Counted from the stretch's first letter, positions 15,201 through 28,049 are shown. The stretch: DNA of 64,000 nt from Chrysomallon squamiferum (GCA_012295275.1 CM022676.1:13578001-13642000); one strand, 5' to 3'. Notes: generated by a model not told the origin, from the letters alone. A program made the numbers and translations.

Positions 15201-18200
15201 GTTAAAGGTTTAGTTTATTATGGTTAGATTTAGATTTATCTGTTTACCTTATGACTAGGGTTAAAGTTAGTATTATGGTTAGATTTTATTTTATCTGTTT
15301 ACCTTATGACTAGGGTTAAAGTTAGTATTATGGTTAGATTTAGTTATCTGTTTACCTTATGACTAGGGTTAAAGTTAGTATTATGGTTAGATTTTTTTAT
15401 CTGTTTACCTTATGACTAGGGTTAAAGTTAGTATTATGGTTAGATTTAGTTATCTGTTTTACCTTATGACTAGGGTTAAAGTTAGTATTATGGTTAGATT
15501 TAGTTTTATCTGTTTACCTTTTATGACTAGGGTTAAAGTTAGTATTATGGTTAGATTTAGTTATCTGTTTTTACCTTTATGACTAGGGTTAAAGTTAGTA
15601 TTATGGTTAGATTTAGTTATCTGTTTACCTTATGACTAGGTTAAAGTTAAGTTATTATTATATTATGGTTAGATTTTATTTATCTGTTTACCTTATGACT
15701 AGGGTTAAAGTTAGTATTATGGTTAGATTTTTTATCTGTTTTTTATATTTATGACTAGGTTAAAGTTTATTAGATTAGATTTATTTAGTTATCTGTTTAC
15801 CTTATGACTAGGGTTAAAGTTAGTATTATGGTTAGATTTAGTTATCTGTTTTACCTTATGACTAGGGTTAAAGTTAGTATTATGGTTAGATTTATTTATC
15901 TGTTTACCTTATGACTAGGGTTAAAGTTAGTATTATGGTTAGATTTAGTTATCTGTTTACCTTATGACTAGGGTTAAAGTTAGTATTATGGTTAGATTTA
16001 GTTATCTGTTTACCTTATGACTGGTTAGGGTTAAAGTTAGTATTATGTTAGATTTAGTTATCTGTTTACCTTATGACTAGGGTTAAAGTTAGTATTATGG
16101 TTATATTTTTAATTATCTGTTTTTTAGTTATCTTATGACTAGTTAAAGTTAGTTAGATTTATTATCTGTTTTAGATTTTTAGTTATCTGTTTACCTTATG
16201 GATTTAGGGTTAAAGTTGTTTATTATGACTAGGGTTAATTTAGTATTATGGTTAGATTTAGTTATATCTTTTTACCTTATGGTTAGGGTTAAAGTTAGTA
16301 TTATTTTAGTTAGATTTAGTTATCTGTTTACCTTATGACTAGGTTTAAAGTTAGTATTATGGTTAGATTAGTTATTATCTGTTTACCTTATGACTAGGGT
16401 TAAAGTTAGTAGTATTATGGTTAGATTTAGTTATCTGTTTACCTTTATGACTAGGGTTAAAGTTAGTATTATGGTTAGATTTTTAGTTATCTGTTTTTAC
16501 TTTTATGACTAGGGTTAAAGTTAGTATTATGGTTAGATTTAGTTATCTGTTTACCTTATGACTAGGGTTAAAGTTAGTATTATGGTTAGATTTAGTTATC
16601 TGTTTACCTTATGACTAGGGTTAAAGTTAGTATTATGGTTAGATTTAGTTATCTGTTTACCTTATGACTAGGGTTAAAGTTAGTATTATGGTTAGATTTA
16701 GTTATCTGTTTTTACCTTATGATGACTAGGGTTAAAGTTAGTATTATGGTTAGATTTAGTTATCTGTTTTACCTTATGACTAGGGTTAAAGTTAGTATTA
16801 TGGTTAGATTTAGTTATCTGTTTTACCTTATGACTAGGGTTAAAGTTAGTATTATGGTTAGATTTAGTTATCTGTTTACCTTATGACTAGGGTTAAAGTT
16901 AGTATTATGGTTAGATTTAGTTATCTGTTTACCTTATGACTAGGGTTAAAGTTAGTATTATGGGATTTAGTTATCTGTTTTTTAGTTATCTGTTATTTTT
17001 TTTATGACTAGGGTTAAGGGTTAGTATTATGGTTAGATTTAGTTATCTGTTTACCTTATGACTAGGGTTAAAGTTAGTATTATGGTTAGATTTAGTTATC
17101 TGTTTTACCTTATGACTAGGGTTAAAGTTAGTATTATGGTTAGATTTAGTTATCTGTTTACCTTATGACTAGGGTTAAAGTGTATTATTATGGTTAGATT
17201 TATTTTATCTGTTTTTTTATGTTAAAGGGTTAAAGTTAGTATTATGGTTAGATTTAGTTATCTGTTTACCTTATGACTAGGGTTAAGTTTAGTATTATGG
17301 TTAGATTTTAGTTATCTGTTTACCTTATGACTAGGGTTAAAGTTAGTATTATGGTTAGATTTAGTTATCTGTTTACCTTATGACTAGGGTTAGGGTTAAA
17401 GTTAGTATTATGGTTAGATTTAGTTATCTGTTTACCTTATGACTAGGGTTAAGTTTAGTATTATGGTTAGATTTAGTTTATCTTTTTACCTTATGACTAG
17501 GGTTAAAGTTAGTATTATGGTTAGATTTATTTTATCTGTTTATTTATTATGACTAGGGTTAAAGTTAGTATTATGGTTAGATTTAGATTTAGTTATCTGT
17601 TTTACCTTATGACTAGGGTTAAAGTTAGTATTATGGTTAGATTTATTTATCTGTTTACCTTATGACTAGGGTTAAAGTTATTATTATGTTAGATTTAGTT
17701 TATCTGTTTTACCTTTACCTAGGGTTAAAGTTATTATTTGGTTATTATTTATTTAGATTTATTTATCTGTTTTATTAGATATGATTATCTGTTTACCTTA
17801 TGACTAGGTTAAAGTTAGTATTATGGTTAGATTTAGTTATCTGTTTACCTTATGACTAGGTTAAAGTTAGTATTATGGATTTAGATTTTTTATCTGTTTT
17901 ACCTTATGACTAGGGTTAAAGTTAGTATTATGGTTAGATTTAGTTATCTGTTTTACCTTATGACTAGGGTTAAAGTTAGTATTATGGTTAGATTTAGTTA
18001 TCTGTTTACCTTTTTATGACTAGGGTTAAAGTTTAGTATTATGGTTAGATTTAGTTATCTGTTTACCTTTATGACTAGGGTTAAAGTTAGTATTATGGTT
18101 AGATTTTTAGTTATCTGTTTACTTTTTATGACTAGGGTTAAAGTTAGTATTATGGTTAGATTTAGTTATCTGTTTTTACCTTATGACTAGGGTTAAAGTT

Positions 18201-21200
18201 AGTATTATGGTTAGATTTAGATTTATATCTGTTTACCTTTATGACTAGGGTTTAAAGTTATTATTATTAGATTTAGATTTAGTTTATCTGTTTTACCTTA
18301 TGACTAGGGTTAAAGTTAGTATTATGGTTAGATTTTTAGTTATCTGTTTTACCTTATGACTAGGGTTAAAGTTATTATGGTTAGATTTAGTTTATCTGTT
18401 TACCTTATGACTAGGGGTTAAAGTTAGTATTATGGTTAGATTTAGTTATCTGTTTACCTTATGACTAGGGTTAAAGTTAGTATTATGGTTAGATTTATTT
18501 ATCTGTTTACCTTATGACTAGGGTTAAAGTTAGTATTATGGTTAGATTTAGTTATCTGTTTACCTTTATGACTAGGGTTAAAGTTAGTATTATGGTTAGA
18601 TTTATTTTATCTTTTTACCTTTATGACTAGGGTTAAAGTTAGTATTATGGTTAGATTTTAGTTATCTGTTTACCTTATGACTAGGGTTAAAGTTAGTATT
18701 ATGGTTAGATTTAGTTATCTGTTTACCTTATGACTAGGGTTAAAGTTAGTATTATGGTTTAGATTTAGTTATCTGTTTACCTTATGACTAGGGTTAAAGT
18801 TAGTATTATATTTAGATTTAGTTATCTGTTTACCTTATGACTAGGGTTAAAGTTAGTATTATGGTTAGATTTAGTTATCTGTTTTACCTTATGACTAGGG
18901 TTAAAAGTTAGTATTATGGTTAGATTTAGTTATCTGTTTACCTTATATGAGGGTTAAGGTTTAAAGTTAGATTTAGTTATCTGTTTTACCTTATTAGGGT
19001 TAAATTTAGTATTTAGTTATCTGTTTACCTTATGACTAGGGTTAAAGTTAGTATTATGGTTAGATTTAGTTATCTGTTTACCTTATGACTAGGGTTAAAG
19101 TTAGTATTATGGTTAGATTTAGTTATCTGTTTACCTTATGACTAGGGTTAAAGTTAGTATTATGGTTAGATTTAGTTATCTGTTTACCTTATGACTAGGG
19201 TAAAAGTTAGTATTATGGTTAGATTTAGTTATCTGTTTACCTTATGACTAGGGTTAAAAGTTATTAGGTATTAGGTTATTATTTAGATTTAGTTATCTGT
19301 TTACCTTATGACTAGGGTTAAAGTTAGTATTATATTAGATTTAGATTTAGTTATCTGTTTACCTTATGACTAGGGTTAAAGTTAGTATTATGGTTAGATT
19401 TAGTTATCTGTTTACCTTATGACTAGGGTTAAAGTTAGTATTATGGATTTAGATTTATTTTATCTTTTTACCTTATGACTAGGGTTAAAGTTAGTATTAT
19501 GGTTAGATTTTTAGTTATCTGTTTTACCTTATGACTAGGGTTAAAGTTAGTATTATGGTTAGATTTTAGTTATCTGTTTACCTTATGACTAGGGTTAAAG
19601 TTAGTATTATGGTTAGATTTTAGTTATCTGTTTTACCTTATGACTAGGGTTAAAGTTAGTATTATGGTTAGATTTAGTTATCTTTTTACCTTATGACTAG
19701 GGTTAAAGTTAGTATTATATTAGATTTATTTATCTGTTTACCTTTTGACTAGATTTAGTTATATTTATTAGATTTTTAGTTATCTGTTTTACCTTATGAC
19801 TAGGGTTAAAGTTAGTATTATGGTTAGATTTAGTTATCTGTTTTACCTTATGACTAGGGTTAAAGTTAGTATTATGGTTAGATTTAGTTATCTGTTTACC
19901 TTATGACTAGGGTTAAAGTTAGTATTATGGTTAGATTTAGTTATCTGTTTACCTTATGACTAGGGTTAAAGTTAGTATTATGGTTAGATTTAGTTATCTG
20001 TTTACCTTATGACTAGGGTTAAAGTTAGTATTATGGTTAGATTAGATTTAGTTATCTGTTTACCTTTATGACTAGGGGTTAAAGTTAGTATTATGGGTTA
20101 GATTTAGTTATCTGTTTACTTTTATGACTAGGGTTAAAGTTAGTATTATGGTTAGATTTAGTTATCTGTTTTACCTTATGACTAGGGTTAAAGTTAGTAT
20201 TATGGTTAGATTTAGTTATCTGTTTACCCTTATGACTAGGGTTAAAGTTAGTATTATGGTTAGATTTTAGTTATCTGTTTACCTTATGACTAGGGTTAAA
20301 GTTAGTATTATGGTTAGATTTAGTTATCTGTTTTTTTAGACTAGGTATGACTAGGGTTAAAGTTAGTATTATGGTTAGATTTAGTTATCTGTTTACCTTA
20401 TGACTAGGGTTAAAGTTAGTATTATGGTTAGATTTAGTTATCTGTTTACCTTTATGACTAGGGTTAAAGTTAGTATTATGGTTAGATTTATTTATCTGTT
20501 TTACCTTATGACTAGGGTTAAAGTTAGTATTATGGTTAGATTTAGTTATCTGTTTTACTTTATGACTAGGGTTAAAGTTAGTATTATGGTTAGATTTAGT
20601 TATCTGTTTACCTTATGACTAGGGTTAAAGTTAGTATTATGGTTAGATTTAGTTATCTGTTTACCTTATGACTAGGGTTAAAGTTAGTATTATGGTTAGA
20701 TTTAGTTATCTGTTTACCTTATGACTAGGGTTAAAGTTAGTATTATGGTTAGATTTAGTTATCTGTTTACCTTATGACTAGGGTTAAAGTTAGTATTATG
20801 GTTAGATTTAGTTATCTGTTTTACCTTTATGACTAGGGTTAAAGTTAGTATTATGGTTAGATTTTAGTTATCTGTTTACCTTATGACTAGGGTTAAAATT
20901 ATTTGTTAGATTTATTAAGTTAGTATTATGTTTAGATTTTACTTTTTTAAAGTTAGTATTATGGTTAGTTAGTATTTAGATTTATCTGTTTACCCTTATT
21001 ACTAGGGTTAAAGTTAGTATTATGGTTAGATTTAGTTATTTTTACCTTATGACTACTAGGTTAAAGTTAGTATTATGGTTAGATTTAGTTATCTGTTTTA
21101 CCTTATGACTAGGGTTAAAGTTAGTATTATGGTTAGATTTAGTTATCTGTTTTACCTTATGACTAGGGTTAAAGTTAGTATTATGGTTAGATTTAGTTAT

Positions 21201-21729
21201 CTGTTTACCTTTTATGACTAGGGTTAAAGTTAGTATTATGGTTAGATTTAGTTATCTGTTTTACCTTATGACTAGGGTTAAAGTTAGTATTATATGGTTA
21301 GATTTAGTTATCTGTTTACCTTATGACTAGGGTTAAAGTTAGTATTATGGTTAGATTTAGTTATCTGTTTACCTTATGACTAGGGTTAAAGTTAGTTAGT
21401 ATTATGGTTAGATTTATTTATCTGTTTACCTTATGACTAGGGTTAAAGTTAGTATTATGGCTAGATTTAGTTATCTGTTTACCTTATGACTAGGGTTAAA
21501 GTTAGTATTATGGTTAGATTTAGTTATCTGTTTACCTTATGACTAGGGTTAAAGTTAGTATTATGGTTAGATTTAGTTATCTGTTTACCTTATGACTAGG
21601 GTTAAAGTTAGTATTATGGTTAGATTTAGTTATTTGTTTACCTTATGACAAGGGTTAAATTTAGTATTATGGCTAGATTTAGTAATCTGTTTACCATATG
21701 TCAAGTGTTAAAGTTAGTATTATAAATGG
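6238..21729 (+). repeat. Tandem satellite, 53-bp monomer ATGACTAGGGTTAAAGTTAGTATTATGGTTAGATTTAGTTATCTGTTTACCTT, roughly 290 copies
   Basis: Monomer read directly and repeated head-to-tail. Copy number is estimated from ~15.5 kb / 53. Variants are mostly homopolymer indels, and the last units at ~21630-21729 are more diverged. Confidence 0.98.
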
Positions 21730-21929
21730 NNNNNNNNNNNNNNNNNNNNNNNNNNNNNNNNNNNNNNNNNNNNNNNNNNNNNNNNNNNNNNNNNNNNNNN
21801 NNNNNNNNNNNNNNNNNNNNNNNNNNNNNNNNNNNNNNNNNNNNNNNNNNNNNNNNNNNNNNNNNNNNNNNNNNNNNNNNNNNNNNNNNNNNNNNNNNNN
21901 NNNNNNNNNNNNNNNNNNNNNNNNNNNNN
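21730..21929. other. Assembly gap (200 N)
   Basis: Run of N that truncates an Ig exon. Confidence 1.
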
Positions 21930-22109
21930 TCAATCTGTACTGATTACCTGTTACCTTTGTTCCTGGCACATCTTGAATAAACACGTCATTCCAGTAATGT
22001 TTGAAGTGTTTGAAGTTCATGTTGTCAGGACGACCATCAGCAGAACAGTTGATATTCAGTGACGTGTTTTCAGTTGTGTTTAAAGAAGGAAAAGTCAGAT
22101 CAGGAGCAT
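21930..22109 (-). CDS. Locus B Ig C2/I-like exon, truncated by gap
   Basis: Acceptor tttacag|AT; reads (Y)APDLTFPSLNTTENTSLNINCSADGRPDNMNFKHFKHYWNDVFIQDVPG, with a B-strand Cys in the CSADGRP motif. Confidence 0.85.
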
Positions 22110-22436
22110 CTGTAAACAATTACTAAATTTACAGTAATAAATCAAGTCATTATTGTCATACACTTGATAATCTAACTATCTTCGTTACGTTAACAGAATA
22201 CACTGACTAGGCTAGACTAAGCAAAACAAAACACTGTTTTATAAAGATTTTATATACACAATTACAATTCCATTTTACACAAAATAAAATATAATAAATG
22301 AAGAACAAAAAACAACAACAACAAAAAAAAAAAAAAAACATCACTGATAAATACATAACCAGGAATTAAAACATAATTTACATACAAAGTTAACGGAAAT
22401 AACAAATAATTAGTGTTTTAACATATAAATACTCAC

Positions 22437-22753
22437 AGTTAACTATAATTTTAATCTGAGATGTTCCAGTTAGTGTTGCTACTGAAGATGACACTGTCGC
22501 TGTACATGTGTATGTACCGTGGTGGTCTCTGTCAAGTACTGCAATATGTAAAGGGAAACCACCAGTCCAGTGAGGTGAGGTTGATGTCCAGTTGAGTATT
22601 GTGTTTGGAGGATTGCTGTCTGCTGAACAGTTTACTACATCCAGACTTTGTCCTTCCCGCGTTGTGACTGGTCCAAATTTATCAGGTTTCTACTCTGACC
22701 TTCTAACCACGGAAAACTCAAACTTAGAACCAGATCTGGAGATGATGGTGGAT
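22437..22753 (-). pseudogene. Locus B chimeric or frameshifted Ig exon
   Basis: Acceptor atttag|AT and donor T|gtgagt. Frame 1 reads YPPSSPDLVLSLSFPWLEGQSRNL, then the frame changes to PDKFGPVTTREGQSLDVVNCSADSNPPNTILNW...DRDHHGTYTCTATV...IKIIVN. Confidence 0.8.
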
Positions 22754-23018
22754 CTAAATAATACAGTATAAATAATTTATTAAAAACGCTTAGTTTAAAA
22801 CCTTAAGAAGAACAACAAAGTATTATACTGTTCTAATCATTATTTTATTTTCCATGTTTTTATTGTTACCTTGGTTATTGTCAATTATATTATCAATATC
22901 ATGAGCAGCATAAATATAATCTCTGTCATCATCATCATCATTATTTTTATTATTATTATCATTATCATTATTATTATTATTGTTATTGTTATTATTATTA
23001 TTATTATTATATACTTAC

Positions 23019-23276
23019 AGTGTATATGTGAGTCTGGTGAACTGAACTGCACTGACTAGTCTTAGAGTTAAGATTTCCTTAATGACAAATCTACAAAAAC
23101 ACTGTTTTCATCTCTCTCAGATGAAGTGTTCCTGTGATCTGTGTCACAAGACAGACTTACTGATGACACTAGAGGTTTACCACCTGACACAACACAGCGA
23201 ATGTTCAGTGTGTCTCCTTCATAAACCACTTGTCCTGTCTTGTATCCTCTTATTTCTGGAGGATTCACAGGTGGAT
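23019..23276 (-). pseudogene. Locus B Ig C2-like exon with degenerate 3' half
   Basis: Acceptor ttttcag|AT; YPPVNPPEIRGYKTGQVVYEGDTLNIRCVVSGGKPLVSSVSLSC, then in-frame stops before the donor T|gtaagt. Confidence 0.8.
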
Positions 23277-23583
23277 CTGAAAACAAAATTGTCATTATCT
23301 GTTTTGTTAATGTTCACGATGCTTTTCACAGGACATGCAACACTGTGTACACGTTCCAGGGTGTACGTGATCACACCTCACACAGCTTATCCTTACTCTT
23401 AATTTCATTGAATGAGTTAAATACATCTAGATTGTGTTTGAGCCCGAACTATGGTAAACAAATCATATTATGGCACCTGAACCTAATTCTATCCAAAACG
23501 AGTAAATATTCAAAATCAGTTTATTATTATTATTATTATTGTTATTGTTATTGTTATTATATAATATTTTACATTGTACTCAC

Positions 23584-23904
23584 AAATCAAACTCAGTGTA
23601 GTTTTTGTTTTTGAGTTTTTGTCAGATATCTGAGAATTCTTAGTTTCACACTCTATTTCATCTCCATCTTGATACCACTGTGGAACCAAAACCAGATTCT
23701 AACTAAACAGCTTTCCTCCATCACCAGCGTCTTGTTCTCTGATTGGTTCGTTTGAAATCAGAATCTGACCACTAGTGACATTTCTCCAAGTAAAGTTCAC
23801 ACTGGGACTTGATGATGCACTAATACAGGTCAAGGTCAATTTTCTGATTCCATCAGCATCAAAATCTGCTTGGTTGTCAGTTATATCAGCTCTATCAGGA
23901 CCAA
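23584..23904 (-). pseudogene. Locus B Ig C2-like exon with one in-frame TAG
   Basis: 321 nt, phase 1-1 (ttttag|TT ... T|gtgagt). Reads FGPDRADITDNQADFDADGIRKLTLTCISASSSPSVNFTW...KLFS*NLVLVPQWYQDGDEIECETKNS...LSLI, with the stop at 23699-23701. Confidence 0.85.
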
Positions 23905-24210
23905 CTAAAATGTATAACATTATAAGACTATACTGGTTCTTTAATCTTAGAAAATGGAAATAAAGATGTGAAAACAAAAAAGGAAGTAGAGGATAACAGT
24001 TAAACTCTGTTAGTAAATTATAAAATGTCACAAATAAATTCATTTTCTTTAAGAATAATCTTATTTTGTGTCGCTCTTACTTTTTAAAAAAATAAATAAA
24101 AAAAAATTAATAAAAAAATAAAATAGAAAAAATAAATATACAATAAATTCTGAATAAAATAATTACAAACAGATAAAAACAATGTTATTAAAGTTTTAAC
24201 AATGATATAC

Positions 24211-24470
24211 ATGCTAGTTTTGTTGTAAATGTTAAGTTTCTCATCTCCACGTAGTTTCTGACTTGACAAGTGTAATTCTGATTGATGTACTTTCTATTAA
24301 TAGATTTCAAAACAAGAGTTTGTGTGTGTCAGTTCCATCAGGAGTTATCCAGCTTACTGTGCCAGCAGGTGTTCCTAGAAAAGTGGTGTTACACACACAA
24401 GTTCCACTCTGTCCTGACTCTATGTAAGTATCTGGACACTCACCACTTGTAGAAGGAAAGTCTGGTGGAC
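24211..24470 (-). pseudogene. Locus B Ig exon with 2-nt frameshift in an (AC)n run
   Basis: Acceptor ttgcag|GT; SPPDFPSTSGECPDTYIESGQSGTCVCNTTFLGTPAGTVSWITPDG / QTLVLKSINRKYINQNYTCQVRNYVEMRNLTFTTKLA. Length is 260 nt, or 258 if one AC is removed near 24321-24329. The donor (gtatat) is weak. Confidence 0.75.
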
Positions 24471-25406
24471 CTGCAAGCAGAACATTTCATATTAATAAAA
24501 ATATGTTAAATTTAATTGAATTATTTAATAATTACCTGACTGTTAAATAAACATAGGAAAACTGTTATTTCAGTTCAGTTCTGTCACTTCTGAACCAGAA
24601 TGAAGTCAAATATCTACAGAAATCTACTCTTCACATATTAGTTAGTGTATTCTATGTACGGTGATAACAGTGATCATTCCTCTTTTCTTGTTAGTTTGTT
24701 AATAATGAACTAAGTTTATAAAAGTTTTATTATAATACGATAATTTTGTTCATATAATAAAACTGATATGTAACAGAAATTATTAATTCAGTTAAATGCA
24801 GTGATCGTAATACTCCTGATAGAATTTACTGATAATTAACAAGTAACAAAAAACTATTTCATTTTTGTTTTTTGAAACAAGAATCCTTTAAACTACTGAC
24901 ACTTAAAACACAATGGTATTCAATTCATAACTCTCAAGTTCAGATCAAGTGAAAAATGTTTTCATACTTTATTTAGTTTCATTATCATAAGCAGTACTAG
25001 AAAATGAAAAAGTTAATTCCGGTTAAAATTTTTTTTTAATTATTTAACTGTATTTTCGGGCAGTCCTAGTTTTTTCATGACATAACAAAATTTCACAACA
25101 GTGAATAATTATGAATATAATACAGTTTATGTTCAATCATGTTTTGTAATCTGTTTAACTCGAGTAACTGTACTAATAGAAATAAAAACATACGGCAATG
25201 TTACAAGTGCATTCACATAGAAATCACACGCACACACACACCAAACAGATATTTTAAACAATCTTCATAATTATTTTGACTAAACTTTAAGATATGAATT
25301 ACTGATGTGAATTTGCACTTCTAATGTTATGTTAATGTCAGTCATATTTCATTTGTTGAAATAAATGGGAGATTTCTAAATTTGTAAAAATAAAATAAAT
25401 AATTAC

Positions 25407-25745
25407 TTTGAATTACTAATCCAATTTTGTTGCTTGAGTTGACAGCAGGGATACTTTGGTCAATCATCAAGTTATTTTCAGCAGCACAGAACACTTTCTG
25501 ACCATCATGTTCTCTGCTGGCTGTGTACGTCACATTTAATGTTGTCAGTCTGTCAGTAGTAGTGGGAGATCCAGTGATGCTGACAGGAAGTTTGTTACTG
25601 TCTACGTACCACAAGATCTGTGAAACAGTCGGTGCTGGTTTTGCTCCCTGTACAACACAGGTAAAAACAGCAGAGTTTCCCTCAGTGATGTTAAATGAGT
25701 TTGGTCTTGATCCAGAAACTTCTGTGATTGTATAATTAACTGGAG
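25407..25745 (-). CDS. Locus B Ig C2-like (CD80/nephrin-type) exon, intact
   Basis: 339 nt, ttttcag|CT ... A|gtaatt; ITEGNSAVFTCVVQGAKPAPTVSQILWY...TYTASREHDGQKVFCAAEN has the Cys-Trp-Cys Ig core. Confidence 0.9.
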
Positions 25746-26974
25746 CTGAAAAATATAAATATATGGAATGTTTATGAGGCAAGTCATTGTACATGCAGTT
25801 CGGTGGAACCAAAATGGCAAATTCATCATTATCTTTCCACCTAACAGGTTTTCACCAGTGGTCAGTTTTCACTGGTCCAAGTGATCAGCTCATGTCTAGG
25901 TCTTTCGGTCTGTGAGCTGCTCAGATTTCTTAGTGTATCAACAGCTGTCTTGGAATTTGTCCGGACTGGTTGTTGAATAAGACCTACATAGTCATAGAGT
26001 TTGTTTGCTTTCAATCTACCTCCACAAAATCCCAGGAAATATATGAACATTAATTTGAATTATAATCCATTACACAAAAACAAAACAAAACTGAATAGCT
26101 AAGTATGAGTTATTTTATTCCTGCATTCATTGCTGAACATCTATTTGCTTATAATTTACTTGATGTTTGCTGGTGAATTAGTCATGCACTATCTACAACT
26201 GTGTAAGTGTTTAGTATGTCAAGATTATTAAAGCAATTGACAAACTATGCTTGAACACCTAACACCATTAACTATTGTTCTTGAGAGAAATTATCAGTTG
26301 TTTTCAGTGCAGCTCATCAATATATTCTCTTTTTTTGCACAGCCTTGAACTAGTAGTCATTTTATCACCTTCTCTTTAGTACACTGAGTTTAACATAAAG
26401 ACTGATGTACACTATTGAGAAAGAATACAGCCTTTTATGAAGCTCAGTTAAATCTACTTCATTTAATAATTCAGGAGCAAATGTTCTTACATTTGTCAAA
26501 ACATACTAAATTTCAGTGCAAAAACAACACCACTTCTTTTAAAAAGTTTTGTTGTTTGATTTAGATATGTATAGTTTATATCAATTGTTTCTTTTTCTGA
26601 CATAAATTAATAAAATGTCATAGATTAAATATCAGAATACAAAATATTCTATTTAACTATACTATGTTCAGCTTAATATTTCCATTATTATGACACATAA
26701 TGATTGATTTTGTTTTTTATTCGTGTGATCATACATTTATAGTTTGCTTAAAAAGTTTTAAACAGAAAAAAACCTAATTATTTTATTTTTGTTTGCTGAT
26801 AAATGTTTGCCTAACAAATTTCAGTGAATATATTCATCTTTTCATTTTGAAATTTTTGATGTATCTGTTGAATAAAATTGTTATTGTGTATAAATTGCAA
26901 CTAATAATTACTACACTAAAGTACAACATAAAATAATAAAAAGTACTTAATCAAATTAAAAACAAATAACTTAC

Positions 26975-27280
26975 TGAAAACTTGTAAATAACAATAGTTG
27001 CTAATACTTCCATCATATGTACATGTCCACTTAGCTTCATCTACAAGACTGACACTGTTTATTGTCAGATTGAAGAGTGTAGAAGTTCCAGTCTGACCAG
27101 CACATGTACAAGAGTAACCAGGATCAGGATCAACTTGATGGCAAGATGACAGAACTGTACAAATAATATTTTTATTTCTTACAAAGCTGACAGGTAAAGT
27201 GATGCTGCCTGACACAGAACACTGGAATGTGTAGCTTTGTCTGAACACAGCAGAGGGAAAACCAGAAAGGTTTACAAAAC
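26975..27280 (-). CDS. Locus B atypical V-like Ig exon V2, intact
   Basis: 306 nt, ttttag|GT ... A|gtaagt; GFVNLSGFPSAVFRQSYTFQCSVSGSITLPVSFVRNKNIICTVLSSC...FNLTINSVSLVDEAKWTCTYDGSISNYCYLQVF. Confidence 0.88.
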
Positions 27281-27668
27281 CTAAAAAACATTTTCAGTAA
27301 TTATATTAATAAAGTAAAGACACGATATATAAAATGAAATAAAATAAAATAAAATAAAATAGCATTAAATTAAATTATACTAAAGAAATAAGAAAAATAG
27401 AAAAATATGAAATTTTATTACTATCTACATCTATCTCTCTGTCTGTCTAGAAATACACACACACACACATACAAGCGCGCGCGCGCGCACACACACACAA
27501 ACACAAACATATACATAAAACAAAAATAAATAACAAATACCAAACGTAACTGTTTAAATGAATAATAATCAATAAAATTGTTTGAATGCTTTATTAATAT
27601 TCCTTATTTGGAAATGATCTATGTATCTGTCTATCTGTGCGTGTTCTCTCTCCATGTCTTTCTGTTCG

Positions 27669-27704
<36 letters not shown>

Positions 27705-27777
27705 TGTGTGTGTGTTTATGTTTTTAAATAAAAAAAATCTTCACTGTTCTTTTCGTGTTTGTTTGTTTGTTTTATTG

Positions 27778-28049
27778 TTATTTCTTGTTTTTCTCATCAT
27801 TTCGTATTGTCTTATTTTCCTGGTTTTGATTTCTACTGTGGTAAACAGTTAGCTGAGTCCTGTTAGCTATGAAAGACATTGTACATGTTCTGGTTTCTTC
27901 TCTGTCAGAGCAGTGTACAGGATTATAACATGTCCAGTTCAGATTTGGTTTTGGGTTCCCACCAGTTGTAGAACAGTTCAGTGTGACAGTGTCACCTTCA
28001 AACACAGGAAACGTTGTTCCTGAAACAGCTGCAGATGAACTCGGTGGAT
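27778..28049 (-). pseudogene. Locus B truncated Ig C2-like exon (half domain, runs to stop)
   Basis: Acceptor ttccag|AT; YPPSSSAAVSGTTFPVFEGDTVTLNCSTTGGNPKPNLNWTC...CTMSFIANRTQ. It then loses Ig character, with no F-strand Cys or donor seen, and ends at TAA. Confidence 0.75.

Noticed and set aside
9560-19300. Scrambled T-rich patches inside the satellite as real higher-order variants
   Set aside because: The homopolymer stutter and bursts look like low-quality long-read consensus. They cannot be distinguished from real variants without reads.
6238-21729. CRISPR-like array or repetitive protein (ORFs MTRVKVSIMVRFSYLF...)
   Set aside because: There are no unique spacers. The 53-bp unit is not a multiple of 3 and contains a stop, so the ORFs arise only where indels make 54-bp units.
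25862-26050. Extra exon between V2 and the next C exon
   Set aside because: There is an acceptor-like site, but the peptide has no Ig features and ends in a stop.
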